A stretch of 59,835 bases of DNA, taken from a phage. The position numbers and the translations under genes were made by a program. The stretch lies in the sequence record PZ445421.1; one strand, 5' to 3'. Shown here in pieces: positions 10,042 to 19,150 of this stretch (its first letter is position 1; each line of letters starts with the position of its first letter). The notes beneath the pieces are model-generated. The model made no database searches. It saw nothing but the letters and a program-made list of their open reading frames with translations, and had not been told where the DNA came from.

Positions 10042-10424
10042 GATCCCGCGAAAAGCTAATTGATCACTTACTGCTCGAATGGCAATTGCACAGTTGCCCG
10101 CCGGGCAGTAAGACTCCAACAATTAAACATCTCCAGCACGTTAAAAAAGTCACTGGTAAGACTCCCTCCTTACTAGCAAAGTACGAATCCAGCTCCGTAC
10201 CACACGAACTCAGATACATTTACAAGTTATTTCTTGACTTTTATAATGGTGATAAATTCAGTTACAGCGAATTTAACGCCTGGCAAGATTATATAGGTGT
10301 AGAACTTGATTTCAGAGAGCGTGAACTAATTCGGCAGATTTGTCTTGAACGGCAAGCATTTGATATTAGGCGTCAACAAGAACTTATGCAACACGCTCAG
10401 ACCAATAATAAAGGAGGTAAATAA
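9613..10424 (+). CDS. tail assembly chaperone, -1 frameshift extension product (GT-like)
   Basis: -1 frame from the slippery site is open and runs into track ORF 10086..10424 (same frame); this ends at the tape-measure start. Confidence 0.45.
10031..10037 (+). promoter_or_regulatory. slippery heptamer for -1 programmed ribosomal frameshift (U UUU UUC context)
   Basis: TTTTTTT run 2 nt before the chaperone stop; the -1 frame is open from here to 10424. Confidence 0.5.
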
Positions 10425-13400
10425 TGGCTGATGCAGCTGACATCGTCATTAGAGTCCGTGCTGAAGGTATTCAGAATGCTGAAACAGCACTGCGACGCTT
10501 GCAAGCGGCAGGTGTAAGAGTTGAGACTGTCAGCTCGCGTATGGAGAATGGTTTTCAACGTGCAGCTACAAGTGCTGACGCATTCCATCAGGCCATTAGT
10601 GCAATCTATACGGTAATGACTGTAACCACACTGACATCCTACGTCGGTGGGCTTGCTAAGTTATCGGATGCGTGGCTGGACGTCACTAACAAACTGGCTA
10701 ACGCCAACTCTGCAAACGAGCAGATGGTTGATATTCAAGATCGAGTGTTCGGTATCGCTCAAAGAACTCGTACGAGCCTGGAAGCTACGTCAACTCTTTA
10801 TGCTCGTATGGAACGTTCGCTGAACCAGTACGGTGTGACTGGCAAACAGGTCGCTCAGATCACTGAAACAATTAACAAGGCGATGATTGTTTCTGGTGCG
10901 ACAACTGCGGAATCTACTGCTGCTATTATCCAGTTCTCACAGGGTCTGCAATCTGGTGTGTTACGTGGGGACGAATTCCGTTCTGTAATGGAACAAGCTC
11001 CTCGTCTTGGTAAGATGATTGCAGATGGTCTCGGTGTTGGTACTGCTGGTCTTCGCCAGATGGCTAACGCTGGACAGTTGACCGCTGACGTTGTTATTAA
11101 CTCCATTTCTAAAGCTGCATCAACTATTGACGATGAGTTTAATCGTACAATACCAACGTTCTCTCAGCGAATGGAGATTGCGAATAACAACTTAATTAAA
11201 TTCGCGGGAACGTCAACCTCAGTACAAACTGTGGTCAATTCAATGGGTGCTGTGATCGAAACTGCTACAGACCACCTCACCTTGCTGTCCAATACGGCAA
11301 TCGGTGTTGCTGCTATTGTTGGCGGTCGAATGATCACTGCCCTGGCCGTACAAATTGCAGCATTCATCAAGCTCAATGCAATACAGGCAAGTAGCTCGGC
11401 TATAAACATTAAGACTATTGATGGTATCACACGATCCGCAGTAGCTCGCTATAATGAAGCACAAGCAACGTTAGCACAGGTTGCAGCCGAGCGCACCAAG
11501 ATTCAGGCGGCATTGCAAGCCAACCAAACGTATTATAAAGGTATAGCGACACTCAACGCATACATGCAGAATACGCGGCAGGCGCGCGAAGCTACGGAAG
11601 CGGTTGCTATTGCCCAGACTACCATGCAGGCGCGTATGGCTGCTGCGACCGTAGCGTCCCGTGTGCTTACTGTCACCATGACAGGCCTGCGGACGGTAAT
11701 GGGCTTGATGGGTGGACCTGTAGGTGTGGTCGCATTGGCTGCTGCCGCATGGTTCATGTGGAGTCAGAACAGTAAACAAGCTGTCCAGGATGCACAGAAC
11801 CTTGCTTCCTCTCAAGAAGATTTAAAGAACAAGTTAAAAGAAACAACTCTTGAACAACAACGAGCTCTTAGTGTTCAGTTGCAACGTGCCGCTATTACGT
11901 TGGACGAACAGATTGCTGCTGAAAACAGAGAGCTGGATGAATTAAAGAACCGTCTTAGTACAGTAAAGCGCTATCAAGAGGAAGCAACTGAAGGAACAAG
12001 CGAGTATAACCGACTCACTAAAGACCGTACGGAGTTAGAAGGTGACGTTGCTATTAAGATTGGTGAAATATCCACCCTTGAGCAAAAAGCACAACAGGTT
12101 AAATCTAATTTAACGACTGTACTGAACAATTTAACTGCTGCTGTAATGGGTCATACTGATGCACTCAAAGCGGAAAACGAGCAGTTGTCTATTAATATCA
12201 GTTCTGCTGCCGGTCGTTCACAGGAGCTAGTCAGTGCAATTCAAGCTCAGAATAATGAGTTAGATGTTGCTCAATTAAAGATGTCTGGACACGCACGACA
12301 AGCAAGTATCCTGAAAGATGCTCAGACAGCTCTTGGTAAGAAGTATAAAGAAAACGAAACGTTCATTAAGAACTATATCAGCGGCCATGCTGACGCAACT
12401 GCTGTATTAACGGATGAGCAGCAAGGACTAGTTGAACTTCTCAATTTATCCGGGAAGAACTACGACGCTCAGAAGAAGATCCATGAACAGCAAGAAAAAG
12501 AGCGTCAGAATAAGAAAGACAATAAAGCTGCCGCACGTTACGCTGAACAATGGGATAAAGCATATGAACGTGTGGAAGCGCGTGGTGCTACTGGTTTACA
12601 GCGTCTTAACTTACAGCAAGAAGCTGAAGTTCGTGCTATTCGTGATAAAGCCGAACGAGCTAAAGCATCTGAAGAAGAATTGCAGAACGCATTATTAGCT
12701 ATCCAACGTAAGTATGATCTGAAACGTGCAGAACTGGCGGAGCAGTACAAGCCAGGCGTTGCAATGGTGCGTGCGTACAAAGAAGCACAGCAAGAAATAA
12801 ATCAGTTGCTTGAAGCTGGTTTATTGACAGAGCAACAGGTATATACAGCTAGATTAAATCTGCAAGCGGATTATTATACAAAACGTGCGCAGATGCAATC
12901 CGAACTGAACCCGGCTGGACAAGCTGCTGATCAAGAAGCTGCTGAGCTTGCGGCACTTAAATCCCAGTATGAAACAGCGATTGAATTAGCCACTGGCAAA
13001 GAAGAGCAACTAACCGCTATCAAAGAGAACTATGAGCGCATACGACACGACATTCAGTTGAAGTACGCTCAGAAGCAGATGCTCGCACAGAATCAGACGG
13101 CAATGGCTTACATTGAAAGTCTAAGCTCTATGGCTGGGTCAATGACCACAATTATGGCGGCTGCTGGTGATGATGCTAGTGGTGCTTACAGGGTTATGTT
13201 CGCACTGTCTAAATCGTTCAGTATTGCTCAGTCGATGTTAAGCATTACCACCGCACTGTCGCAGGTGTTAGCGGATCCGACAGCATTGACACCGATGCAA
13301 AAGATGGCCAACTACGCGACTATTGCAGCCGCTGGTGCTAACATTATTTCAACATTGTCCAGTGTCACTCTTACTGGTATGGCTCATGATGGTATAGCCA

Positions 13401-13684
13401 ACGTTCCAGAAGAGGGTACATGGCTTCTGAATAAAGGTGAACGAGTTCTTAGTCCCCAACAGAACGCGGACTTTACTAACTTTATGAAGGGTCAATCAAA
13501 TACTGGCAATAATTCGGGTGGGGGTGTTATCATTAACCAGAACTTTAACATCCATGGTAATGGTGATGCAGCTTTGAAAAGCGCAGTTCAACAAGCTGCG
13601 AGAGATGGCGCCCAGCAAGGTTATAACATGGTACTCCAAGACTTTGCTAACCGTGGATCAATTAGAAAATTAGCGTTGGGGTAA
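10424..13684 (+). CDS. tail tape measure protein
   Basis: 1086 aa, Ala/Gln-rich coiled-coil, hydrophobic segments, SD 'GGAGG'; canonical position. Confidence 0.9.
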   Translation: MADAADIVIRVRAEGIQNAETALRRLQAAGVRVETVSSRMENGFQRAATSADAFHQAISAIYTVMTVTTLTSYVGGLAKLSDAWLDVTNKLANANSANEQMVDIQDRVFGIAQRTRTSLEATSTLYARMERSLNQYGVTGKQVAQITETINKAMIVSGATTAESTAAIIQFSQGLQSGVLRGDEFRSVMEQAPRLGKMIADGLGVGTAGLRQMANAGQLTADVVINSISKAASTIDDEFNRTIPTFSQRMEIANNNLIKFAGTSTSVQTVVNSMGAVIETATDHLTLLSNTAIGVAAIVGGRMITALAVQIAAFIKLNAIQASSSAINIKTIDGITRSAVARYNEAQATLAQVAAERTKIQAALQANQTYYKGIATLNAYMQNTRQAREATEAVAIAQTTMQARMAAATVASRVLTVTMTGLRTVMGLMGGPVGVVALAAAAWFMWSQNSKQAVQDAQNLASSQEDLKNKLKETTLEQQRALSVQLQRAAITLDEQIAAENRELDELKNRLSTVKRYQEEATEGTSEYNRLTKDRTELEGDVAIKIGEISTLEQKAQQVKSNLTTVLNNLTAAVMGHTDALKAENEQLSINISSAAGRSQELVSAIQAQNNELDVAQLKMSGHARQASILKDAQTALGKKYKENETFIKNYISGHADATAVLTDEQQGLVELLNLSGKNYDAQKKIHEQQEKERQNKKDNKAAARYAEQWDKAYERVEARGATGLQRLNLQQEAEVRAIRDKAERAKASEEELQNALLAIQRKYDLKRAELAEQYKPGVAMVRAYKEAQQEINQLLEAGLLTEQQVYTARLNLQADYYTKRAQMQSELNPAGQAADQEAAELAALKSQYETAIELATGKEEQLTAIKENYERIRHDIQLKYAQKQMLAQNQTAMAYIESLSSMAGSMTTIMAAAGDDASGAYRVMFALSKSFSIAQSMLSITTALSQVLADPTALTPMQKMANYATIAAAGANIISTLSSVTLTGMAHDGIANVPEEGTWLLNKGERVLSPQQNADFTNFMKGQSNTGNNSGGGVIINQNFNIHGNGDAALKSAVQQAARDGAQQGYNMVLQDFANRGSIRKLALG

Positions 13685-13686
13685 AG

Positions 13687-14277
13687 ATGGCGATATTAAC
13701 CTGGCCTGAAGCCTTAAGACCTTCTACAATGGACTGGGATCTCGTATCTAACTCTGTAAAATTTACAAGCCCCTTCAACGGGGCTTCACAGGTTGTAGGA
13801 TATCCAGGATCACGTTGGAAGGCGAGTCTTGAATTTAATAACTTGGACGATTGGGAATCCCGAAAGTTAGAAGTCCTTATCGCTAAGTTGGACGGCATGG
13901 TTGGCATGATAAAGTTACACGACTTCGGTAGATGGGGACGTCCACCAGTTGGGACACCTGTGGTCAAAGGAGCGAATAATACCGGGACACAGATACAGTC
14001 AAGAGGTTGGCTCGCTGAACGCCTTGTTCTACAAGAAGGTGATTACATTACTATCAACAACGAACTCAAACTTGTTACAGAAGATGTATGGAGCGACGCC
14101 AGTGGTCTTGCTACGGTGTACTTTGCACCTATGTTAAGAAATATTCCACCTGACGGAGCTAAGATAGAGACTGAAAACCCATTTGGATTATTTCGTTTAT
14201 CTGATAACACAAATGGTGTGTCCCGTCAACCTGCATTCAATAACTCGTTCACGTTAGAGTTTGAGGAGACTTTTTAA
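13687..14277 (+). CDS. minor tail protein (distal tail)
   Basis: 196-aa ORF immediately after tape measure. Confidence 0.55.
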   Translation: MAILTWPEALRPSTMDWDLVSNSVKFTSPFNGASQVVGYPGSRWKASLEFNNLDDWESRKLEVLIAKLDGMVGMIKLHDFGRWGRPPVGTPVVKGANNTGTQIQSRGWLAERLVLQEGDYITINNELKLVTEDVWSDASGLATVYFAPMLRNIPPDGAKIETENPFGLFRLSDNTNGVSRQPAFNNSFTLEFEETF

Positions 14278-14862
14278 ATGATATTTAGTCCGTTTAGTGA
14301 CTCTTTATTGGACTCTATGGAACAACCTAGCGTCACGATGATAATTGCAGTTGCAATTTATTTTGATTCAGGAACAACAAGAGTCCACTCTGGTACTGGC
14401 GTATTATCTATTGATGGTCAGACATTCGTTGGTGTCGGTAATCTTGGTGATGTAGGTGGTGTCACGGAAGAGAATACTACCAGTGCAAGCACGATGTCTC
14501 TTACATTAAGTGGACTTGATATGACACTTGTTGGGCAGACACTCAATGAAAACTGCGTAGGACGCGATGTGAAATGTTATATCGCTACTATGGATGAAAA
14601 AGGGCAAGTAACTAACGCTAACGTCCTTTTTGAAGGTTTTATTAGTGATACTGCAATGCAAGCGGGCACAACAAACGCTATCACGTATACGGTGTCAAAT
14701 ATATTTGAAAAGTGGTCTTCCGGTATACCGGATCGTTATACGGATGAAAGCCAACAGCGATTACATCCAGGAGATCGCTTCTTTAGATATGTTGCACAAA
14801 TGGCGGAGCGTTCAATCTATTGGGGAAGTAAAAAAGATGCACCAGGATTCAGTTACGAGTAA
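14278..14862 (+). CDS. minor tail protein (L-like)
   Basis: 194-aa ORF, synteny. Confidence 0.55.
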   Translation: MIFSPFSDSLLDSMEQPSVTMIIAVAIYFDSGTTRVHSGTGVLSIDGQTFVGVGNLGDVGGVTEENTTSASTMSLTLSGLDMTLVGQTLNENCVGRDVKCYIATMDEKGQVTNANVLFEGFISDTAMQAGTTNAITYTVSNIFEKWSSGIPDRYTDESQQRLHPGDRFFRYVAQMAERSIYWGSKKDAPGFSYE

Positions 14863-15271
14863 GACTCCAGGTTGGCAGATGCGCTTGCTAACCACAGTTA
14901 ACTCGCTCAAAGAAGTACCTTTCCAATGGGGTCAAAACGATTGCTGCATCTTTGCCGCTAAGTGTATTGATGCTCAATACGGTACAAAGATTGCGGATGA
15001 AGTTGTCGGTCAATATGACTCCGAGATCAGCTGTAAACGCTTCATGCTAAAACGAGTTAAAGACACATCCCTAGCAATGGTTCTGGACTCATTCTTACCA
15101 GTTCGTGTAGACAGAAAGTTTGCTCAACGCGGTGACGTAGTGACATTTAACGGGGATCTTGGCTTAACTGCTGGGGTACTGTGGACAGGTTGCATTTGGG
15201 CGATGGGCCCGAATGGTGTTGTTACCTTTAAACTGACGGACGTCGAAATCACAGACGCGTGGAGGGTGTAA
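14837..15271 (+). CDS. putative tail assembly protein (K-like, possible NlpC/P60-type Cys)
   Basis: Track ORF 14630..15271 overlaps the upstream gene heavily; in-frame ATG 14837 chosen; motif 'WGQNDCC'. Confidence 0.4.
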   Translation: MHQDSVTSKTPGWQMRLLTTVNSLKEVPFQWGQNDCCIFAAKCIDAQYGTKIADEVVGQYDSEISCKRFMLKRVKDTSLAMVLDSFLPVRVDRKFAQRGDVVTFNGDLGLTAGVLWTGCIWAMGPNGVVTFKLTDVEITDAWRV

Positions 15272-18049
15272 ATGCCACCAGCAATAATTGGAGCCGTAGT
15301 TGCTATCGGGGCAGCGGCTGGGGCAGCGGCAGGTATTATCACAGCCACTACCGCGCTTGTGATTGGTATTGCTGCCAGTGCCGCTGGAGCTCTACTTACA
15401 AAGACTCAAAGTTTCAACTTTGATTCCTACACACCTCAGAGCGAACGTAAGCAGGTTATTCGTGCCGCTGCTGCATCTAGAACTGTGATTTATGGGACAA
15501 CTGTGTCCAGTGGTGTTCTTGTATTTGCGGAAGAGGAACCAGGAGTACAGGAACCAGATAAACATGGCGAGAACCATGAAAAGTTGACGTTGGTTCTTGC
15601 ATTAGCCGGACACGAACTAACAGAAGTAGGACAAGTGTGGTTAGGGGATGATGCTATCGAAAGTTTTGGTGATAAAGCGTCATATGTAATACATAACAAT
15701 CCTACTACCGTTAGTCGAGATATGCTGAATCGTTGCCCATCATGGAAAAGTGACATGATTGGTAAAGGTATTTGCTGGATGCAATTAAACCTTGTGTTCG
15801 ATTCTGAAAAATTCCCTTCTGGCCTACCTAACGTTAAATGCCTTAAGAAAGGTCGTAAAGTATTAGATCCTAGAACTGGTAATATGATATTTAGCAATAA
15901 CGCAGCTTTAGTCATTCTGGATTACTTGCGAGTGTACTTAAAGCGTTCTGATGATGCAATTCTTTGGGACCAGTTCAAGGAAGCTGCTAATATATGTGAT
16001 GAAAGTGTGAAGAACGCGGACAACACATTTGAACCTCGTTACACCATAAATGGTGAGTTCGATATTGACGAAGCTTCATCTAAGATCCTGGAGGATATGC
16101 TTGACTCTTGTGGTGGGGAGTTAACTTATATTGGCGGTAAACATGGTTTATTAGTTGGTGCTTATTACGGTCCACCTGAACTAACACTTGACACAAGTTG
16201 TATTGCTGGTGATATTAAAATCACACCTGAAACAGCTTTTAAAGAACGCACCAATACAATCACAGGTACTTATATAGATCCTTTGCAGAACTATCAGGAG
16301 GCAGACTTTCCTCCTGTAAGCGTTGCGGAATGGATAAAACAAGACGGGCAAGAAATCACACAAGACGTAGACTATCGTTTTGTAACAAGCCCATATCAGG
16401 CACAACGTTTGTCTAACTTAACATTGAAACGCAAACGCATTGGTCGTTCCATCGAGATACCATGTAACATGCGTGGGTATCGTTTCCGTCCAGGAATGTA
16501 TGTTTACGTTGACATTCCTAATATTGGAATGAACAAAGTAGAGATGCGTGTCATTAAGTGGCAGTTTGATCCGAAAGGTGGTGTCACTGTAACTGTACGC
16601 CAAGACTTCCCGGACTTATGGGACGATGCAATTGGCAAACCTGTAGAGCGACCAGATCTAGTGGATTTACCTACTGGTGGCGCTATGCAACCTCAGAACC
16701 TACAATATGAAGTCTTACAAATTAGCGACGTTGTACAGGGTGTTCTGTCGTGGCAAAATATAATGGCTGTAGCCTACAACAACGTAGTAATTAAGAAAGA
16801 TGGTACTACCGTATTGACGGTGCAAGTACCGGGCCAGAGCACGCGGATTACGGGGCTTATTCGCGGCGCTTATACAGCACATGTGAAAGCTGTGGCGTAT
16901 ACCGGCGCAACAAGTCCAGAAGCATATCTTGAATTTAACATTCAAGCACCTTCCGCTCCCACATCTGTTGAAGTAAAACAAGGCTACTTTGCAGTGACAC
17001 TGAAACCAAAATCTGCAGATCTAGCGAACGTTAGTACACAATATGATTTCTGGACGTCCGGTGAAACAAGACTACCATCCACCGCTGTAGACGTGGTAGA
17101 GAGACAAGCCACCCGTGCTGGTATGGGTACAACGTGGACTTCAGAAGGGTTACTTAATGACCACACTTATTACTGGTACGTGCGAGCAATCAATGCTTTT
17201 GGTTCTTCTTCATTTGTAGAGGTGGCTGCAAGATGCTTCACAGATGCTGCTGGCCTTATTCCGCAGATTGACACAGAGTTCAAAGGTACTAACACCTATA
17301 AAGAACTTATGGCTGAGATTGGAAGCGTCAGTGATGGTGTTAAGAGTTATGTGGACGACCAAATTGAGACCTCTGAAGGGCGCTTAACTCAAACAATAGA
17401 TACAGTGCAACAATCTGTAGTTCTTGTTGACGGTAAAGTGCAGCAACAAGGCGTCACAATTAATAAACAGGGGCAGTTAATAGATGCTCAAGGTAAGTTA
17501 ATCGAGACAAACGGCCGACAAATTAATGTGGTCAAAGCTACCGTACAGGAAGTCAGTAAGTCCGTTGTAGATCTTGAAGGTAAAGTCAACGCTCAGTGGG
17601 GCGCCAAGATCCAGGTGGATAGTAAAGGACAGAAATATGTTGCTGGTATTCAGTTAGGTATGGAAGGTTCCGGTGGAGCTATCCAATCTTACTTTATGGT
17701 CAACGCCAACAACTTTGCTATCTATAACCCAACTAACAGCACAGCGGATTTAGCATTTGCAGTTAAGAACGGTCAAGTGTTTATGAAGGCGACGTTCATT
17801 GAGAACGGGTCTATTGATAATGCCAAAATCGGCAACTATATCCAGTCCAACAACTATGCAGCTGGTTCTGCTGGCTGGAGGATTACCAAGGACGGAGCTT
17901 CGGAGTTTAATAATGTTATCGTCAGAGGTGAGATATATGCAGCGGTTGGCAAATTCGGATTCAACGGAAATGGAGGTATAACAATCAATAGCAACGGGAT
18001 TACGGTTCCATTGTCAGGTGGTGGTAAAGTTGTAGTTGGTAGATGGTAA
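15272..18049 (+). CDS. tail tip / host-specificity protein (J-like) with fibronectin-III-like region
   Basis: 925 aa; Gly/Ala-rich hydrophobic N-terminus; '...YYWYVRAINAFGSS...' FN3-like segment; SD 'GGAGGG'. Confidence 0.7.
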   Translation: MPPAIIGAVVAIGAAAGAAAGIITATTALVIGIAASAAGALLTKTQSFNFDSYTPQSERKQVIRAAAASRTVIYGTTVSSGVLVFAEEEPGVQEPDKHGENHEKLTLVLALAGHELTEVGQVWLGDDAIESFGDKASYVIHNNPTTVSRDMLNRCPSWKSDMIGKGICWMQLNLVFDSEKFPSGLPNVKCLKKGRKVLDPRTGNMIFSNNAALVILDYLRVYLKRSDDAILWDQFKEAANICDESVKNADNTFEPRYTINGEFDIDEASSKILEDMLDSCGGELTYIGGKHGLLVGAYYGPPELTLDTSCIAGDIKITPETAFKERTNTITGTYIDPLQNYQEADFPPVSVAEWIKQDGQEITQDVDYRFVTSPYQAQRLSNLTLKRKRIGRSIEIPCNMRGYRFRPGMYVYVDIPNIGMNKVEMRVIKWQFDPKGGVTVTVRQDFPDLWDDAIGKPVERPDLVDLPTGGAMQPQNLQYEVLQISDVVQGVLSWQNIMAVAYNNVVIKKDGTTVLTVQVPGQSTRITGLIRGAYTAHVKAVAYTGATSPEAYLEFNIQAPSAPTSVEVKQGYFAVTLKPKSADLANVSTQYDFWTSGETRLPSTAVDVVERQATRAGMGTTWTSEGLLNDHTYYWYVRAINAFGSSSFVEVAARCFTDAAGLIPQIDTEFKGTNTYKELMAEIGSVSDGVKSYVDDQIETSEGRLTQTIDTVQQSVVLVDGKVQQQGVTINKQGQLIDAQGKLIETNGRQINVVKATVQEVSKSVVDLEGKVNAQWGAKIQVDSKGQKYVAGIQLGMEGSGGAIQSYFMVNANNFAIYNPTNSTADLAFAVKNGQVFMKATFIENGSIDNAKIGNYIQSNNYAAGSAGWRITKDGASEFNNVIVRGEIYAAVGKFGFNGNGGITINSNGITVPLSGGGKVVVGRW

Positions 18050-18050
18050 A

Positions 18051-18072
18051 TTAAGGGGCGAAAGCCCCTTAA
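18051..18072. terminator. bidirectional hairpin between convergent genes
   Basis: TTAAGGGGC-gaaa-GCCCCTTAA; overlaps the stop of the minus-strand gene; weak U-tracts on both strands. Confidence 0.45.
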
Positions 18073-19034
18073 TACATATTGGGTAGTGCAATAATAGGTG
18101 TTGGGGTAACAATGTTTCTTTCAGGTGGTCGTAGTGAGGGGGAATGAAAGTTCCCTATTACCTTATTTCTTTCAGCTCGTACTTTATTTCCATACATACG
18201 AACGCCATTATATCTTACATTGTCATAACCACCATTATAAACGTTCTTCATTCCATAGAAAGCAAGTTGAATTAATCTGTCACCAATATCCTGATCACTT
18301 GTTGTTAAAGTTAGAGTTTTATCAAATAAGAACGGTTTCTTTACTGTGGAGAATGTAACTTGCCCAGCGGTATTAGTCATGGTAATACCGTCACCTGCTG
18401 CTGGTGGGGTATTATTAAATATTACCAGTTCCATTGTTACACTGGCAGCAACATCATCCCTACCAGTGTAGGTGATGTCCCGAACTATAATGTTAGTTCC
18501 ATCAAAGCCAACAGAAACGTTAGCAGAGTTCCATCTTGCAAAAGGAATGCCTGATACTGGAAGTCGCATACTTCCGTTAACTGTAACAGTACCAGCATAC
18601 TGACAAGTCATTAATTTTGCATTATTTGAAATAGCTGTAAAATCCGTAGAGTTTGACACATACAGACCTGTGTTATATGTAGAAGCAGGTAATACTTCCA
18701 TAATAGAGCCTGCCCATTGTGGAAGTTTTCCAGTATATCCAAAAGGATTAGCACCCCTTAAAATAACACCAGAGTTACCATTCCTGCTGATAGAGGAGAT
18801 ATAGAAAGGTGCAGGGACTACAAGACCCTGATCGTATACTTCGATAATTTCAACAGGTTTAGTAGGGATCACAAAAACTTCAGAGGCTTGTGTGAGGGTT
18901 GTATTAATTGTTAAAGTTTGATCAGACTGGCAACGCTGATTAAAGTTAGCACAAAAAGATAAAGCTCGCAATCCTGCTGTTATTTGCATTGCAGGTCTTC
19001 CGTCATTGTAGTTTATGTAAATACCCTCAGGCAT
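18069..19034 (-). CDS. hypothetical protein, reverse-oriented inside tail module (candidate receptor-binding/host-range protein)
   Basis: Track ORF starts at GTG 19040; ATG 19034 has SD 'GGAG'; Asn/Thr/Gly/Ser-rich, no signal peptide; own AT-rich upstream region 19035-19150. Confidence 0.6.
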   Translation of the reverse strand: MPEGIYINYNDGRPAMQITAGLRALSFCANFNQRCQSDQTLTINTTLTQASEVFVIPTKPVEIIEVYDQGLVVPAPFYISSISRNGNSGVILRGANPFGYTGKLPQWAGSIMEVLPASTYNTGLYVSNSTDFTAISNNAKLMTCQYAGTVTVNGSMRLPVSGIPFARWNSANVSVGFDGTNIIVRDITYTGRDDVAASVTMELVIFNNTPPAAGDGITMTNTAGQVTFSTVKKPFLFDKTLTLTTSDQDIGDRLIQLAFYGMKNVYNGGYDNVRYNGVRMYGNKVRAERNKVIGNFHSPSLRPPERNIVTPTPIIALPNMY

Positions 19035-19150
19035 AATCACTCCAAATAATGTGGTTAAAGACGATAGATAATATTGTTTTATATTCTAATTTAATTTACC
19101 ATATTTGTATGCCCTGAAATATCTATTAATTTTACAGATAAGAGGTAAAA

